Virus record (IMG/VR): IMGVR_UViG_3300037631_001783
Span: 1 to 42,377 of that record
Source of the DNA: a virus
Lineage: Duplodnaviria > Caudoviricetes
Length of the DNA stretch: 42,377 bases
Reading direction: 5' to 3' (one strand)
In this document: in pieces, positions 34,551 to 42,377 of the stretch
Layout of the letters: every line of letters begins with the position of its first letter
Position numbering within the stretch: position 1 is the stretch's first letter
Program-made: the position numbers and the translations under genes
The notes under the pieces: generated by a model
Told to the model about the DNA's origin: nothing
Seen by the model: only the letters and a program-made list of their open reading frames with translations
Database searches by the model: none

Positions 34551-36986
34551 ATGGATCTCGTCAAATTTGTCCGCTCTTTGCCTGAAAATTGGGCTACTGG
34601 GCCTATCTACGCAAAAGGCGTTCCACTGCCGAAAACAGGCCACCCAGCTTGTGGCAAGTCTCCGCTTAACAAGGCTGGCACCGAACCACACAGGATTGTT
34701 CGCCCGTATGCGGCTGCCCGATATATCGAACAACAGCCTGATGTCTTCAAAGCGATCGGTGTCTACACAGGGCCATGTAGTGATGGGCTCGTAATTCTTG
34801 ATGTTGACGCCAACCTTTCGATACTGAAAAAGAAGTGGGGCACGACTTTTAAGGATGTTCCAGTTGTTATTTCACCTAAGAAAAATGCTGCCAAATACCT
34901 GTTTCGTATTCCAGAGAAAAACTGGCATGAAGTTAGGGGTTTAGTGCTTTCTCAGACCAATGCTGGTTGGGAAGTTTTATGGGGCAAGCAGGGTGTAATT
35001 AGCGGTGCGTACCCAAAAGGTGGGGAATATGTTTTTAAAGGTGACATTAATGCTATTCCAGAGATTCCTGGGTGGCTTTTAGCAGAAATGCAGGAGTCTT
35101 TTAGAGAATATAACGAAAAAATTGAAGGTAGAACTATAAAGGATTTTAGGTATGCGTCACGTTCCAGGGAAGAGCTTATTGCTATTGCAAAGTCTTGTTT
35201 ATCCGTAATTCAGCCCGAGGGACGGGGATCTGAAGATACTTGGTGGCGTATTGGAGCCATGCTTCATTCAGAGTTACCTAATGAGGATGGTTTAAATATT
35301 TGGCGGGAATGGTCTTTACAGGATGAAGAATATAGAGAGGATTGGGAGAATGACGACCCATGCCTTAAGCGTTGGGAAGCTGGGTTTAAATCCAATGGTG
35401 GACTGAGTTTTGGCAGTCTTATAAGTTATGCAGACCACTACGACCCAAAGCGTGCCCGATTTCAAAGGGACAATCTTGCATCGGTGGTGGCTGAAATCGA
35501 TCAGACGCCAATAAGTTTCAGAGATGCAACGCTTTCATTTGAAGAAGCGATGAAGCAGATGGGTGAAGCTATGAAGATATCTAACCCTGGTAAACGTAAC
35601 TTTGAAGCTAATAGAATTGCCCAAGAGTGTAAGTACAGGGATCAGGCAAAACTTGAGCAGGTTTATGCTGACCATATAGGATTTGAACAAGACGAAGGAT
35701 CTTTTACATTGGATAAATTAAAAGGAAAAATAACTGGACGTGAATTTTTAATCCCTGATGTTCTTGCTAAGCCTGCTGTGGTTCTTATATATGCCGAAGG
35801 CGGTAAAGGAAAATCAACTGCTGCATGGACGCTGGCCAAGCACGTTGTAAATGGAACACCTTTTGTCGTTCGGGGTAAACACGTTCCAGTGCAAAAAGGT
35901 GGTTGCTTGATCTTGAATGGCGACCAGCCTTTGGATGATTTGGATAGCCAGCTTGATGAGGTTGAGTTTCCTCGCACGTCTGACGTGATGATCCATAACA
36001 ACTGGAACTTGCAGTATTACGCCCAGTTCCAGGCTCTGATGACAGAGCGCAAACCAAAGATGGTCATCGTTGACTCCTTGATTGGTTGTTCTGGCGGACG
36101 TGCTTTTGATGAAAACAAGTCGGATTTTGCTACGCCGCTTTATTGGCTGACACGGAACAACGGGGTTTTATTTCCAGCGACCACGATTCTGATCATCCAC
36201 CACGCAAACAAGCAGGGCGGTTTTAGGGGTACTACCGCTATTAGAGACGCCGTTACAGAGACCTGGAGGCTGTCTGAACCGACTGACAAGCAGTTAGAGA
36301 GCAACGACGCCACTACGCCCCACAGCCGGATCATCAGCGTTGAGAAGAGCCGCAGCGGACGTAGCGGAACAGCTCTGATCATGAAGCAGGAATCTGACCT
36401 GACTTTCTCCATCTCAGACTTCACCGCTGAAATTGACAGCACCAACACTTCACCGAGCGGGATCAGTGATCGGGTCTTGGCTCGGGTGCGCTCCATCTAC
36501 CCACGATCCATCAGCAGAACAGAGCTGGACTCGGATCCGATTGTTGGCGGCAATGTTGCGGCTATACGGAAGTCGCTCCAGCGTTGGGTTAAGCGTGGGC
36601 TGATCGAAACTTCAGAAGGGGTGTTGATTAAAGGCAAAGGTGGGGACGTTCCACGGCTTTACAAAGCGGTTATTGAACAACCCCCACACACGCGCGTGCG
36701 CGGAGAGGGTAAGAAAAGTGTCCCACTTACACCTAAACCCAGTACTGGAGCGGATTCTGCAGTGGGACAAGCAGTGGGACAACCGCAAAAAACGGAGAAG
36801 GTGTCCCACTCATCAAAGACCAGTGGGACAGCCCCCACGAAAACAGTAAAGTGTCCCACTGCTAAACCTAGTGATACGAACGGATCTGCCTCAGTGGGAC
36901 ACTCAGATCAATATCCCCCCGCGAGGCGATCTCCAGAGGATCTTCACCAGCTCATGCTTAACGCCAACAAAATATGGGGCAGATGA
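34551..36986 (+). CDS. Primase-polymerase / PriCT-2 / RecA-type (AAA_25-like) helicase / winged-helix replication protein
   Basis: GLVILDVD (prim-pol); WWRIGAMLH..W.EWS (PriCT-2); AEGGKGKS Walker A; VIVDSL Walker B; IIHHANK. Confidence 0.88.
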   Translation: MDLVKFVRSLPENWATGPIYAKGVPLPKTGHPACGKSPLNKAGTEPHRIVRPYAAARYIEQQPDVFKAIGVYTGPCSDGLVILDVDANLSILKKKWGTTFKDVPVVISPKKNAAKYLFRIPEKNWHEVRGLVLSQTNAGWEVLWGKQGVISGAYPKGGEYVFKGDINAIPEIPGWLLAEMQESFREYNEKIEGRTIKDFRYASRSREELIAIAKSCLSVIQPEGRGSEDTWWRIGAMLHSELPNEDGLNIWREWSLQDEEYREDWENDDPCLKRWEAGFKSNGGLSFGSLISYADHYDPKRARFQRDNLASVVAEIDQTPISFRDATLSFEEAMKQMGEAMKISNPGKRNFEANRIAQECKYRDQAKLEQVYADHIGFEQDEGSFTLDKLKGKITGREFLIPDVLAKPAVVLIYAEGGKGKSTAAWTLAKHVVNGTPFVVRGKHVPVQKGGCLILNGDQPLDDLDSQLDEVEFPRTSDVMIHNNWNLQYYAQFQALMTERKPKMVIVDSLIGCSGGRAFDENKSDFATPLYWLTRNNGVLFPATTILIIHHANKQGGFRGTTAIRDAVTETWRLSEPTDKQLESNDATTPHSRIISVEKSRSGRSGTALIMKQESDLTFSISDFTAEIDSTNTSPSGISDRVLARVRSIYPRSISRTELDSDPIVGGNVAAIRKSLQRWVKRGLIETSEGVLIKGKGGDVPRLYKAVIEQPPHTRVRGEGKKSVPLTPKPSTGADSAVGQAVGQPQKTEKVSHSSKTSGTAPTKTVKCPTAKPSDTNGSASVGHSDQYPPARRSPEDLHQLMLNANKIWGR
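36718..36902. repeat. Seven copies of TGTCCCACT/AGTGGGACA in mixed orientation (iteron-like)
   Basis: Copies start at 36719(F), 36761(R), 36773(R), 36802(F), 36822(R), 36852(F), 36893(R). Confidence 0.9.
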
Positions 36987-37249
36987 AACGAAAGGCTGAA
37001 CGCCCGAAGAATTACCACCTTCAAGGGGAACAGATGAACTGGGACGCGTTTCCGGGCAAGCAAGACAGCGTTGCTCGGAGAACATCCATAAAAGAATGGT
37101 GGAGTCTTTTAAACGAGTCTTTAGGAGATCCACCACTTGCTTGTCGGCTTACCGAAAACCCCAAAGTCGAGTACGAAATTTTTGTAAGTCACCCAGAATT
37201 AGCCTGGGACGTTTTTTGGGAAAGCCTGCGGTTGCGAGGAAAACTATAA
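36983..37249 (+). CDS. Hypothetical protein
   Basis: ATGA coupling to primase stop. Confidence 0.6.
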   Translation: MKRKAERPKNYHLQGEQMNWDAFPGKQDSVARRTSIKEWWSLLNESLGDPPLACRLTENPKVEYEIFVSHPELAWDVFWESLRLRGKL

Positions 37250-37260
37250 TGTGCTACGGT
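37232..37260 (+). promoter_or_regulatory. Putative sigma70-type promoter
   Basis: TTGCGA-17-TACGGT with a TG extension; TATAAT also present in the spacer. Confidence 0.5.
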
Positions 37261-37281
37261 ACCACTGTTATTTATCGAGCT

Positions 37282-37467
37282 GTGACAGAAAAACAAACCA
37301 ATGCCACCATCAAGACCGCACACAATTACGGTGGTGCATTCATCAGTAAGCTGTCTGAAGCGGCACTGCTAGCTGATCCTCGTAATCGCTCCAGGGTTCT
37401 GGACGCGTTTCCAGAGATCGTGTCTAAATACGGACCCGGCAGTGCCTTTTACAACGAGTACCTTTAA
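37282..37467 (+). CDS. Small hypothetical protein
   Basis: YGGAF..L..A...AD..N motif; probable GTG start at 37282 (alternative 37249). Confidence 0.65.
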   Translation: MTEKQTNATIKTAHNYGGAFISKLSEAALLADPRNRSRVLDAFPEIVSKYGPGSAFYNEYL

Positions 37468-37721
37468 TGAAAGAAATTACAGTCCGCATTCCCGAAGAAG
37501 TTTTAGCTCAGGTAGACAAAGAAGCCGGGTCTAAACATATATCAAGAGCCCAGTTTATACGAGACAGACTTGTTCCCAGAGAAGCTAAAGATGTTGGGGA
37601 CTATGGCCCTAAAGACTTCCACACTTTGGTAAGCCTGGTAAGGCGTAGAACGGGTAATGGCATGGACAGGAGACAACTAGAAAACGTTGTTGCCATTGTT
37701 TTTAATGAATTGGCTTCTTAA
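37467..37721 (+). CDS. Ribbon-helix-helix (CopG-like) regulator
   Basis: ITVRIPEEVLAQVDKEA...SRAQFIRD. Confidence 0.78.
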   Translation: MKEITVRIPEEVLAQVDKEAGSKHISRAQFIRDRLVPREAKDVGDYGPKDFHTLVSLVRRRTGNGMDRRQLENVVAIVFNELAS

Positions 37722-37779
37722 CTGTGTTGCACGCTGGTGTTTTAAACAACGTCATGGTTCTATCAGGCGGTACCCCAGC

Positions 37780-38052
37780 GTGAGAGACAATGTTCAGTTT
37801 ACCTACTGCAAAACGCTAATGACAGCAGACTGCATTACATACGAAAGGTTAGCTCTTGCGCGTTATACAAGCTATGACCCTGAAAACAGAGTCTTAGCTG
37901 TGGAACAAGTAACGTACCAGGATGACGCAGATGGTCACACAGAATTTCAATGCCAAGTTACAGCTGCTTTGAACTTTGGTATTGATGTGGCTGTTATGAG
38001 TTTTTACGATATAGATCATTTTCCATTCTTGGAACACATACTTACAGAGTAG
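37780..38052 (+). CDS. Hypothetical protein
   Basis: ORF; start uncertain. Confidence 0.55.
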   Translation: MRDNVQFTYCKTLMTADCITYERLALARYTSYDPENRVLAVEQVTYQDDADGHTEFQCQVTAALNFGIDVAVMSFYDIDHFPFLEHILTE

Positions 38053-38086
38053 TGTGCTACACTGCCAGAGTTGCTTGACACCACAC

Positions 38087-38341
38087 ATGTCTGACTCAGC
38101 AGCCCTCTACAGGGCACAAGAAAATCTCCGAATGATGGAAACCTGTCCTACTTGGTTCGACCACTTAGACAAGGTTGAGGCCGCTATGGCCGAAGAAAGC
38201 CGTGTTTATGACATCCGTGTTGCAGCCGGATGGGAGTTGGATGAAGGTGGCTGGTACGCCCCATGCCCCGAAACGGACCAAATGATTCACGAATGGGATT
38301 GGCTCGATCTGGGCTTGGCTTATCCCGAGGCAAGCAAATGA
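38087..38341 (+). CDS. Hypothetical acidic protein
   Basis: ATG downstream of TGTGCTACACT; coupled to the polymerase gene. Confidence 0.6.
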   Translation: MSDSAALYRAQENLRMMETCPTWFDHLDKVEAAMAEESRVYDIRVAAGWELDEGGWYAPCPETDQMIHEWDWLDLGLAYPEASK

Positions 38342-40137
38342 GTTACGACGTTCTCAGAGGGATAGAGCATCTGAACGAAATCGACACGGCTGTGTCCATT
38401 TGCTTTGACGTGGAAACGCTCCAGCTTCAACCTGAACAAGGGAAGCTCCGTTTAATACAGCTGGGCTGTCAGGTCAGAAAGATTATTGTTGTCATCGATT
38501 GTTTTGAATTAAATGAAAGCGACTGGGACGTGTTGGGCCGCTTCTTCAGCAACGGAGACCGTTTCTGGCTTGCCCATAACGCTGTGTTTGATATTGGGTG
38601 GCTTCAGCAGTACGACATCCACCCAAATCCGGCAAACCTCGGTTGCTCCATGCTGGCCAGCCGTCTTCTGTCCAACGGACTCCCCAATAGAAAACACAGC
38701 CTCAAAAGTGTTGTTAAAAAATATCTGAGCATTGATTTAGATAAGGAGCAGCAAAGATCGGATTGGTCTGGGAATTTAACCGATGAGCAAATTAACTATG
38801 CAGCTAAAGATGTAGAAGTCTTGTGCGAATTAGATAGTATACTAAAACAAGAATTAGCCGAATTTAGTCTTGCTGGTGCTTACAGACTAGAGTGTTTAGC
38901 TTTACCTGCTATGGCGCAAATGCAAAGAACAGGGTTGCCTTGGAACGGGAAAAGACTTAATGGTAAGAAAATAGATTACGAGCATGATATACAGGAATAT
39001 GCAAAGGATTTTGTTCGGATGCTGGATGCAGCTCTTCCAAAATCAGATAAGCTACCCAGGGATGAGGATGACACATTTAATTTACGTCCCAGGGACGAAG
39101 GCAGCGTGCGAGCTGGGACTAAAAAATACAAAGGTTTTAACTTAAATAGCCCAAAACAGTTGAAGGAAAAGCTATCTGCTGTACTTAAGTGCAAACTTGA
39201 TAGTGTTTCAAGGCAGTCCCTGCGTGAGTTTGCGGGGCATCACCCTGTTATTCAAGTTTATTTGGATTGGAAAAAAGCTGAAAAGAGACGCCAAATGATT
39301 ACTTCAATACAAGAAAAAATGCAGCCTGACGGTTTTGTTAGAGCTAGTTACATGCAGTTGGGCGCAGAAACGGGAAGGATGACATGTTTTAATCCCAATA
39401 ACCAACAGATACCTAAAGATCCGCAGTTTCGTGGATGCGTAGAGGCTCCTGAAGGTTGGCTTTTGGTGGATGCTGACTTTAGTCAAATGGAATTAAAGCT
39501 GGCTGCTGCTATAGCTAAAGATGAAAAGATGAGTCAAGCGTTTAAAGACGGTCAAGACCTGCATAGTGTTACAGCTGAATCTATTGGGTGTACGCGCCAA
39601 ATAGCAAAGTCAGCAAACTTCGGTCTTTTATATGGTTCTGGGCCAAGCGGTCTTAGAAATTACGCTGCAGGTATGGGGGTAAGCATGACTTTAGAGGAGG
39701 CCACAAAAATTAGATCTGATTGGTTTAAAGCTTTTGACGGTATTGCTTCTTGGCACAAAGATATGTCTAAAGAAGCTGAAGAGTCTAATTGCATAAGTCA
39801 AATACGCGTACCTGTATCTGGTATGAAACGAGAGTTATTAGCAGACATGAATAGGTTGACTATTAGATGTAATACACCGGTTCAGGGTGCTGGTGCCGCC
39901 ATCCTTAAACTTGCTCTTGGCAACCTCTGGCCTTTGGTTAAAGAAGCGGGGGAAGACACGGTAAAAATTGCTGCTGCTGTGCATGATGAAATTTTGCTTC
40001 TAGTTCGGGAGGAGGCAGCCGAAGAGTGGGCAAAAACCCTAAAACAAGTAATGGAGGAGGCCGAAGCTCACTGGCTTGGTGACATACCAGCGTTAGCAGA
40101 GGTTTCTACTGGTAAAACTTGGGAGGAAACTCACTGA
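38338..40137 (+). CDS. polA: DNA polymerase family A with 3'-5' exonuclease, no 5'-3' exonuclease domain
   Basis: Exo I FDVET, II HNAVFD, III YAAKD; motif A DFSQMEL, B RQIAKSANFGLLYG, C VHDEI; start 38338 by ATGA overlap. Confidence 0.95.
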   Translation: MSYDVLRGIEHLNEIDTAVSICFDVETLQLQPEQGKLRLIQLGCQVRKIIVVIDCFELNESDWDVLGRFFSNGDRFWLAHNAVFDIGWLQQYDIHPNPANLGCSMLASRLLSNGLPNRKHSLKSVVKKYLSIDLDKEQQRSDWSGNLTDEQINYAAKDVEVLCELDSILKQELAEFSLAGAYRLECLALPAMAQMQRTGLPWNGKRLNGKKIDYEHDIQEYAKDFVRMLDAALPKSDKLPRDEDDTFNLRPRDEGSVRAGTKKYKGFNLNSPKQLKEKLSAVLKCKLDSVSRQSLREFAGHHPVIQVYLDWKKAEKRRQMITSIQEKMQPDGFVRASYMQLGAETGRMTCFNPNNQQIPKDPQFRGCVEAPEGWLLVDADFSQMELKLAAAIAKDEKMSQAFKDGQDLHSVTAESIGCTRQIAKSANFGLLYGSGPSGLRNYAAGMGVSMTLEEATKIRSDWFKAFDGIASWHKDMSKEAEESNCISQIRVPVSGMKRELLADMNRLTIRCNTPVQGAGAAILKLALGNLWPLVKEAGEDTVKIAAAVHDEILLLVREEAAEEWAKTLKQVMEEAEAHWLGDIPALAEVSTGKTWEETH

Positions 40138-40295
40138 TGATCAGCGTTTACTGCACAGACATAGGGTGGTTTTCTTCTTGTAAAGGCACGGTAATGTATC
40201 ACAAGGATTTGCAGGAGGCTATGGATGCCGCTTACAGGAAGGCAAATAGTGATGGAGCGTTTAAAAAAGGCAATACGCACCGCTACTGCAGGTGA
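40137..40295 (+). CDS. 52-aa hypothetical protein (absent from ORF track)
   Basis: GGAGG RBS; TGATG overlap; MISVYCTDIGW... Confidence 0.45.
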   Translation: MISVYCTDIGWFSSCKGTVMYHKDLQEAMDAAYRKANSDGAFKKGNTHRYCR

Positions 40296-40428
40296 TCTTC
40301 AGCGAGCTGCAATGTTTTTAGAAGAAGCAAAAAAAGTAAGGGCGGGATGCACGAACCAGCGTGCTCAAGCTCGTCGTGCCCAATCAACTGCTTGGAAAAA
40401 GAAAACCGATTCTTCTATTACATGGTAA
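40225..40428 (+). CDS. Small basic hypothetical protein
   Basis: GGAGG upstream; helical basic ORF. Confidence 0.65.
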   Translation: MPLTGRQIVMERLKKAIRTATAGDLQRAAMFLEEAKKVRAGCTNQRAQARRAQSTAWKKKTDSSITW

Positions 40429-40452
40429 TATAGTTGTAGCACTCTGAACAAC

Positions 40453-40701
40453 ATGGCCCTTCGACACGGCAATAAAACTTACTTTCAAATCTTGTTGGAT
40501 CCTCATCGAGCAGAAATGATTCAAGAAGCTGCAGCAAAAGAAGATAAAAGAGCCACGGCTTGGATAAGAGAAGCTATTTACTCTGAACTAAAAAGATCTA
40601 GTCCTACTTCTTTATATAACGAGGCTATGGCTAAAGATCAGGCAGAGTGGAGACAATCTATTCGTAAACGCGTTGAAGGACGCGCTAAACAGAAGGATTG
40701 A
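40453..40701 (+). CDS. Possible ribbon-helix-helix-like DNA-binding protein
   Basis: YFQILLD..RAEMIQEAA...ATAWIREAI; TGGTAATAT extended -10 upstream. Confidence 0.55.
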   Translation: MALRHGNKTYFQILLDPHRAEMIQEAAAKEDKRATAWIREAIYSELKRSSPTSLYNEAMAKDQAEWRQSIRKRVEGRAKQKD

Positions 40702-40702
40702 A

Positions 40703-40909
40703 ATGAGATACATACTAAGAACGCACCAGGATGAAGCTCTGTATTTGGCAGCCTTTTACAGAAACCCTAGGCAAGTTTGTTTGTTTACTCCTTTTTTAGA
40801 GGATGCTTGTAGCTATAAAAATAAAAGTATGGCTTTGGATGCCGCACGGCACTTAAAAAATCTATTTGACATTACAGCTGAACTATTGGATTCTCCCGAA
40901 AATGACTAA
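40703..40909 (+). CDS. Small hypothetical protein
   Basis: AAGGA RBS; ATG at 40703. Confidence 0.55.
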   Translation: MRYILRTHQDEALYLAAFYRNPRQVCLFTPFLEDACSYKNKSMALDAARHLKNLFDITAELLDSPEND

Positions 40910-41084
40910 CCCAAATTGGACTACAAGACCACAAGACAACATTGATGCGGCAATAGCAAGAGTGAAAGCAACTTTGCATGAGTCTGATCCAAAACTAACT
41001 ACGCTTGAAAAGTCAATTAGACAGTCTTTTTTGCGTCGGAAAGCACGGCGTCCAATAAAGCAATGTGGCCAACCGCCTGTTTAA
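40902..41084 (+). CDS. Small hypothetical protein
   Basis: MTNPNWTTRP...; overlaps previous stop. Confidence 0.5.
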   Translation: MTNPNWTTRPQDNIDAAIARVKATLHESDPKLTTLEKSIRQSFLRRKARRPIKQCGQPPV

Positions 41085-41265
41085 GCAATTTACCCTGATG
41101 CCATTGCTGACGTGCCATGGCAACACATAGCCGCGATAGCACGTCAATGTTTTCGCAGTCTTCTATTTCTCTGATACTACGTTCCAGGGTAAGTTCTTCT
41201 TCAAGGCTTTGAGTGACGTGCATCCATTCCATTGATGGATCGTAAGGCTCGTTTTTCGGAGGCAT
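41017..41265 (-). CDS. Small helical protein, NblA-like candidate
   Basis: AGGAG RBS before 41265; SLEEELTL..I.....L..L...M.RQ.....LLKQ helix-loop-helix pattern. Confidence 0.4.
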   Translation of the reverse strand: MPPKNEPYDPSMEWMHVTQSLEEELTLERSIREIEDCENIDVLSRLCVAMARQQWHQGKLLKQAVGHIALLDAVLSDAKKTV

Positions 41266-41410
41266 AAGGCTCCTCACTCTTAAATCGTATGTAATCACCT
41301 ATAGCGGGAAATAACCAGTCCTGCACTGGTAAACAAGCTTGCCAATTCACAGGTTGAACGCAGTTCATCACGACTGTCGTCCAGAACGCACTGATATATC
41401 CCCAATTCAT
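41201..41410 (-). CDS. Small Trp/Cys-containing protein in the lysis module
   Basis: ATGA coupling to endolysin stop. Confidence 0.6.
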   Translation of the reverse strand: MNWGYISAFWTTVVMNCVQPVNWQACLPVQDWLFPAIGDYIRFKSEEPYASEKRALRSINGMDARHSKP

Positions 41411-42126
41411 CGATCCACAAATACAGCCCAGCCGCTTGCTTCTCCTTCGATAGACCAACGCTGGTAAAACGCAGGACGCGACATCCTGATCAACTCACCA
41501 GATTTTGTGGTGTCATGGCCGCCATGATCCATATCTGGCTTGCCCATCGGATCCATTGCAATGAAGTCGTCTTTGTCGTAGCCAATGATTACGCTCCAAT
41601 GACCGCAACCCTCGCTATCGCACACTGCTGGTTTGCCCTTAGTCAGATCGCCTTTATGCAACCAGCCAACCATGATTGGTCTGCCAGCATCGATCTCAAT
41701 CTCAATGTCCTCAACCCTGGCATCTCTGCGAAACTGAGCGTCTAGGCCAAGTGATCTCAACGCAGAAACTTGAGCGTGGACTGCTGTCGTATCACCAAAC
41801 TTTCGGCGTATATGTCGATAAGCGTCTTGGCTTTTGATGCCATGGTGGAACGCCACAACCATTGCGGCTGCTGCGTCAAAACACTCTCTATAGCCATAAC
41901 CCGTGAGGCTATCTAGCTGGTTGTAGTACGGAACGCCATACACCTCTTGGTGGATGCCACTGGTCTTCCACATCTCAAACCACTCAGCTTCGTCGTCAAG
42001 TAGATCTTGATCGATGGAGCGCTCCAACTCCGCAATTGCAGCTAGCTGATGGGGATCGCCTTTTTTGAAGAACTGGAAAAACGGAAGGAGTGATAAGCCC
42101 ACAACGATTACGACCCAAAGCCACAT
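41407..42126 (-). CDS. Putative endolysin, C39-like cysteine peptidase with N-terminal hydrophobic anchor
   Basis: VPYYNQ..RECFDAAAAMV (Cys), GHWSVIIGYD (His), MDP (Asp). Confidence 0.75.
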   Translation of the reverse strand: MWLWVVIVVGLSLLPFFQFFKKGDPHQLAAIAELERSIDQDLLDDEAEWFEMWKTSGIHQEVYGVPYYNQLDSLTGYGYRECFDAAAAMVVAFHHGIKSQDAYRHIRRKFGDTTAVHAQVSALRSLGLDAQFRRDARVEDIEIEIDAGRPIMVGWLHKGDLTKGKPAVCDSEGCGHWSVIIGYDKDDFIAMDPMGKPDMDHGGHDTTKSGELIRMSRPAFYQRWSIEGEASGWAVFVDR

Positions 42127-42300
42127 TTACTTCTCAACGCGATCTCCAGGGAACAGTAGATCCTGGACATACTTACAAGCCACATCGTCCAACTGGTTGT
42201 CAGTTTGCTCGCTGATCTTGATCAAGCAGTCAAGTAGCAGTTGTTTTACGGCCTTTGATTTGATGAAGCTAAACAGGATTGGCTTTAGAAGTAAAACCAT
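42127..42300 (-). CDS. 57-aa lysis-module protein MVLLLKPILFSFIKSKAVKQLLLD...TDNQLDD (absent from ORF track)
   Basis: Manual translation; stop abuts endolysin ATG; TDN.LDD motif recalled from small phage holin-like proteins. Confidence 0.7.
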   Translation of the reverse strand: MVLLLKPILFSFIKSKAVKQLLLDCLIKISEQTDNQLDDVACKYVQDLLFPGDRVEK

Positions 42301-42377
42301 GACAGCACTGTGTGTGCCGGAAGTCTAAGTCCGATTTGCGTGGCCTTCCAGTCGTGCAACATTCTGCTCCAGGTCTG
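42258..42377 (+). repeat. Terminal direct repeat, right copy
   Basis: Identical to 1-120. Confidence 0.97.

Larger units (their letters stand above)
1..42257. mobile_element. Complete tailed dsDNA phage genome (siphovirus-like, probably a marine cyanophage)
   Basis: Terminase, portal, capsid, tail, tape measure, replication and lysis modules all present; terminal 120-bp overlap; no host housekeeping genes. Confidence 0.93.

Noticed and set aside
36718-36902. CRISPR array
   Set aside because: Repeats are only 9 bp, in mixed orientation with irregular spacing; no cas operon
1-42377. psbA/hli photosynthesis genes, tRNAs, integrase, alternative genetic code
   Set aside because: No matching motifs seen; genes tile densely under the standard code. 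Very short genes could have been missed by eye

Overview
The window is very probably one complete, circularly assembled tailed-phage genome of about 42,257 bp; bases 1-120 are identical to 42258-42377. Gene content and order fit a siphovirus of marine picocyanobacteria (host inferred, not shown). The minus strand carries a lambda-like virion operon from terminase to tail fibres (29541 to about 3700), including a -1 frameshifted tail chaperone. Early and replication genes lie at 29947-41084 and include a PD-(D/E)XK exonuclease, a putative SSB, a primase-helicase with embedded iteron-like repeats, and a family A DNA polymerase. A lysis module spans the assembly junction. I saw no integrase, RNA polymerase, ribonucleotide reductase, psbA, tRNA or CRISPR array. 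The most intriguing element is a seven-gene cassette (346-3626) in which every product looks envelope-targeted (inner-membrane, secreted and outer-membrane beta-barrel), suggesting an uncharacterised phage-encoded envelope-spanning complex. Other leads are a cyanobacterial rRNA-type boxA in a structured early leader, an NblA-like candidate, a stand-alone NrdR-like Zn ribbon, a cluster of Lys-rich microproteins, three tail-tube paralogues, and twin UGU-loop hairpins before the capsid gene. All calls come from motif reading and gene context; no searches were run.
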